From Calditrichia bacterium (lineage in GTDB: Bacteria; Calditrichota; Calditrichia; JAJRVZ01): a stretch of 64,000 bases of DNA. The stretch lies in the NCBI GenBank assembly GCA_963777955.1, contig CAVZSQ010000019.1:128001-192000 (forward strand). Reading direction: 5' to 3'. Position 1 is the stretch's first letter; each line of letters starts with the position of its first letter. A model generated the notes under the pieces. It searched no databases, was not told the origin of the DNA, and saw only the letters and a list, made by a program, of their open reading frames with translations. A program made the translations under genes and the position numbers. Below are positions 61,709-64,000 of the stretch, one piece after another.

Positions 61709-64000
61709 ATGGCCCGCTATCTTTTCGTATTCTTGAGTATTTTATTAATTCTTTCTGCTTTAGCGTTGCAGGAATACGGCTTGCAGGAACGCATCCCTAA
61801 TACATCTTTCCGCATCTCCAGCGGCGGTGATACCCTGGCTTCGATGCAACTGGTGCAGGTTTTTAATGACATTTCTTTTAATTTGCCTGTACATCTGTTT
61901 CATGCCGGCGATAGCACAAACCGTATTTTTGTGGTGGAAAAAGCAGGAATAATCAAATCGTTACCCAACCGGGATTCCACTACTGCTTTTAAAATATTTA
62001 TGGATATTACCGAACGAGTCAATGCCGAACCCAATGAAGCAGGTTTGCTTAGTCTTGCCTTTCATCCTGATTACAGGAATAACGGGAAATTGTACGTCTA
62101 TTATACTTATGGAAATCTTTTCTCGCGTATTTCCGAATTTACCGTTTCTAACGATGCGGATTCGGTGGATAAATCCAGTGAACGTATTCTGCTGGAAATC
62201 CAGCAGCCGTACTCTAATCATAATGGAGGCCAACTGGCTTTCGGCCCTGACGGATATTTATACATCGGACTTGGCGATGGCGGCAGCGGCGGGGATCCCC
62301 AGAGTAATGGACAAAACCGGGCTACCTTGCTGGGTAAAATCCTGCGCATTAATATTGACAGTACCACTCAGGGATTGGAGTACACCATTCCTGCAGATAA
62401 TCCCCTGGCCGGCAACAGCAATAATTGGCGCACAGAGATCTGGGCCTGGGGATTGCGCAATCCCTGGCGGTTTAGTTTTGACCGTCTTAACGGTGATTTG
62501 TGGACTGCTGATGTGGGACAAAATCTATGGGAAGAGGTCGACCTGATTGAGGGCGGGCGAAATTATGGTTGGAACATAATGGAAGGATTCCATTGTTATA
62601 AACCTTCTATTGATTGTGATACCGCCGGTCTGACGCTGCCCATCATCGAGTACGATCACTCCACCGGAAATTCCATTACCGGCGGGTATGTATACCGGGG
62701 CAACCGCCTGGTCCGATTAAACGGTGTTTATCTATATGGTGATTATGTTACACGTAAAATCTGGGGCTTAAGATACAGCGGGGGCCGGTTAGTCGAAAAT
62801 AAAATTATTGCCGAAAGTCCTGCGGCAATTTCCAGTTTCGGCGAGGATGAATCGGGCGAGGTTTATGTAGTCGGCTTTGACGGCCGTATCTATATATTCG
62901 AAGAGAAACCTGGTAATCCTCCACCGGTCAAGATTCCCCGAACGATCTCATCATCAGGATTGTTTAGCGAGATCGATTCACTCAGGTATTCACCCGGTAT
63001 CATTCCCTATAGCATTAATGCCCCCTTCTGGTCTGACGGTGCTTATAAAACCAGGGCGCTGGCTCTGCCTGATACCAGTAAAATAGTTTTTTCACGGGAC
63101 GGATTCTGGGTTTTTCCGCCCGGCGCCGTATTGGTCAAAAATTTCTTTATGGAGCTTGAGCAGGGCAATCCTGACAGTCGCATAATCATTGAAACCCGGT
63201 TTCTGGTTAAGCATGAGCAGGATGAACAATGGGACGGTTTCAGTTATTTATGGAATGAAGCAGAAACCGACGCCATGTTACTGGAAGGCAGCTACCGCAG
63301 GGCCTTTAATATTAAATCTGGCGACAGTATAAAAAGCCAAAGTTATTATTATCCCAGCCGTATGGAGTGTCTGGATTGTCATACTCCGGCAGCTGGTTTT
63401 GTACTGGGAGTTCGCACTGCCCAGATCAATAAACAACATCTGTATGGTGCAGTATCGGACAACCAGTTGCGGAGTTATAATCATATTCGGCTGTTCACGG
63501 AAGATATCGGTGAGGATTATATTGCTTTTCCCCGGCTACCCTCCTACCAGGATAGCACGGTAGCTATCAATCAGCGGGCCAGGGCTTACCTGGATGCCAA
63601 TTGTGCCAATTGCCACCGGCCTGGCGGTTCCGGTCGTACTAATATGGATTTACGCTATGAGACGCCGCTAGAGCAGATGTACCTGATTAATGAAGATGCC
63701 AGCCTGGGAGATATGAACATTACCGGCGCAAAGCGTATAAAACCGGGGGCTGCCGATAGTTCAATTGTCTATTTACGTATGCGTGATCTGGGCGAATTCC
63801 GTATGCCGCCGCTGGCCAGTTCGGTGGTTGATGAAGAGGGATCGGAGCTGGTCCGTCAATGGATCGACACCTTAACGGTTATACTTTATCAGGACAGATC
63901 TGGTTTTGGGGATCCGCACCAACCTATCAAGTTTTATCTCTATCCTGTATATCCCAATCCCTTTAATCCCACTACCAGTATAAAATTCTCTTTACCTGTC
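61709..64000 (+). CDS. Secreted glucose/sorbosone-dehydrogenase-type beta-propeller + diheme cytochrome c domain + C-terminal sorting domain; 3'-partial, absent from the ORF track
   Basis: Frame from ATG 61709: GLLSLAFHP, NHNGG, GDGG, GLRNPWR, CLDCH (63368), CANCH (63602), MPP, YPNPFNP. Confidence 0.85.
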   Translation, partial: MARYLFVFLSILLILSALALQEYGLQERIPNTSFRISSGGDTLASMQLVQVFNDISFNLPVHLFHAGDSTNRIFVVEKAGIIKSLPNRDSTTAFKIFMDITERVNAEPNEAGLLSLAFHPDYRNNGKLYVYYTYGNLFSRISEFTVSNDADSVDKSSERILLEIQQPYSNHNGGQLAFGPDGYLYIGLGDGGSGGDPQSNGQNRATLLGKILRINIDSTTQGLEYTIPADNPLAGNSNNWRTEIWAWGLRNPWRFSFDRLNGDLWTADVGQNLWEEVDLIEGGRNYGWNIMEGFHCYKPSIDCDTAGLTLPIIEYDHSTGNSITGGYVYRGNRLVRLNGVYLYGDYVTRKIWGLRYSGGRLVENKIIAESPAAISSFGEDESGEVYVVGFDGRIYIFEEKPGNPPPVKIPRTISSSGLFSEIDSLRYSPGIIPYSINAPFWSDGAYKTRALALPDTSKIVFSRDGFWVFPPGAVLVKNFFMELEQGNPDSRIIIETRFLVKHEQDEQWDGFSYLWNEAETDAMLLEGSYRRAFNIKSGDSIKSQSYYYPSRMECLDCHTPAAGFVLGVRTAQINKQHLYGAVSDNQLRSYNHIRLFTEDIGEDYIAFPRLPSYQDSTVAINQRARAYLDANCANCHRPGGSGRTNMDLRYETPLEQMYLINEDASLGDMNITGAKRIKPGAADSSIVYLRMRDLGEFRMPPLASSVVDEEGSELVRQWIDTLTVILYQDRSGFGDPHQPIKFYLYPVYPNPFNPTTSIKFSLPV

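Overview
Bacterial chromosomal window. The C-terminal YPNPFNP sorting domain and the gene content point weakly to an FCB-related lineage such as Calditrichota/KSB1/Ignavibacteria (inference only). Left part (1-17.7 kb) is mostly housekeeping: yggS, tRNA-Ala(CGC) directly abutting SRP RNA, dnaX-ybaB-recR, a queuosine-precursor transporter, DUF47 plus two tandem PiT transporters with a four-repeat Pho-box promoter between them, and PGM/suhB/prs. The centre (17.7-37.5 kb) is a respiratory island with about 49 heme-c motifs counted by eye. It holds a porin + 12-heme + CbcL-like 11-heme/cytochrome b + 7-heme lipoprotein operon, a 9-heme Ig-domain lipoprotein, an ImcH-like quinol dehydrogenase, and two heme-c sensor kinases with sigma54 activators. 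It also holds an uncharacterised HybA/HmcB-NrfD/HmcC module flanked by two membrane-anchored GcvH-like proteins that appear to lack the lipoyl lysine. Sigma54 promoters and candidate enhancer sites are readable in the DNA. The right part has a sigma54-controlled STAS-ExbB-ExbD-ExbD-TonB-TonB-PstS-like-TPR-PsbP-like operon, alpha-2-macroglobulin/pbpC, and a secreted beta-propeller/diheme protein running off the end. Many genes carry single-base frameshifts, probably uncorrected long-read errors, so gene breaks should not be read as real pseudogenes. Family assignments come from motif recognition, not database searches.
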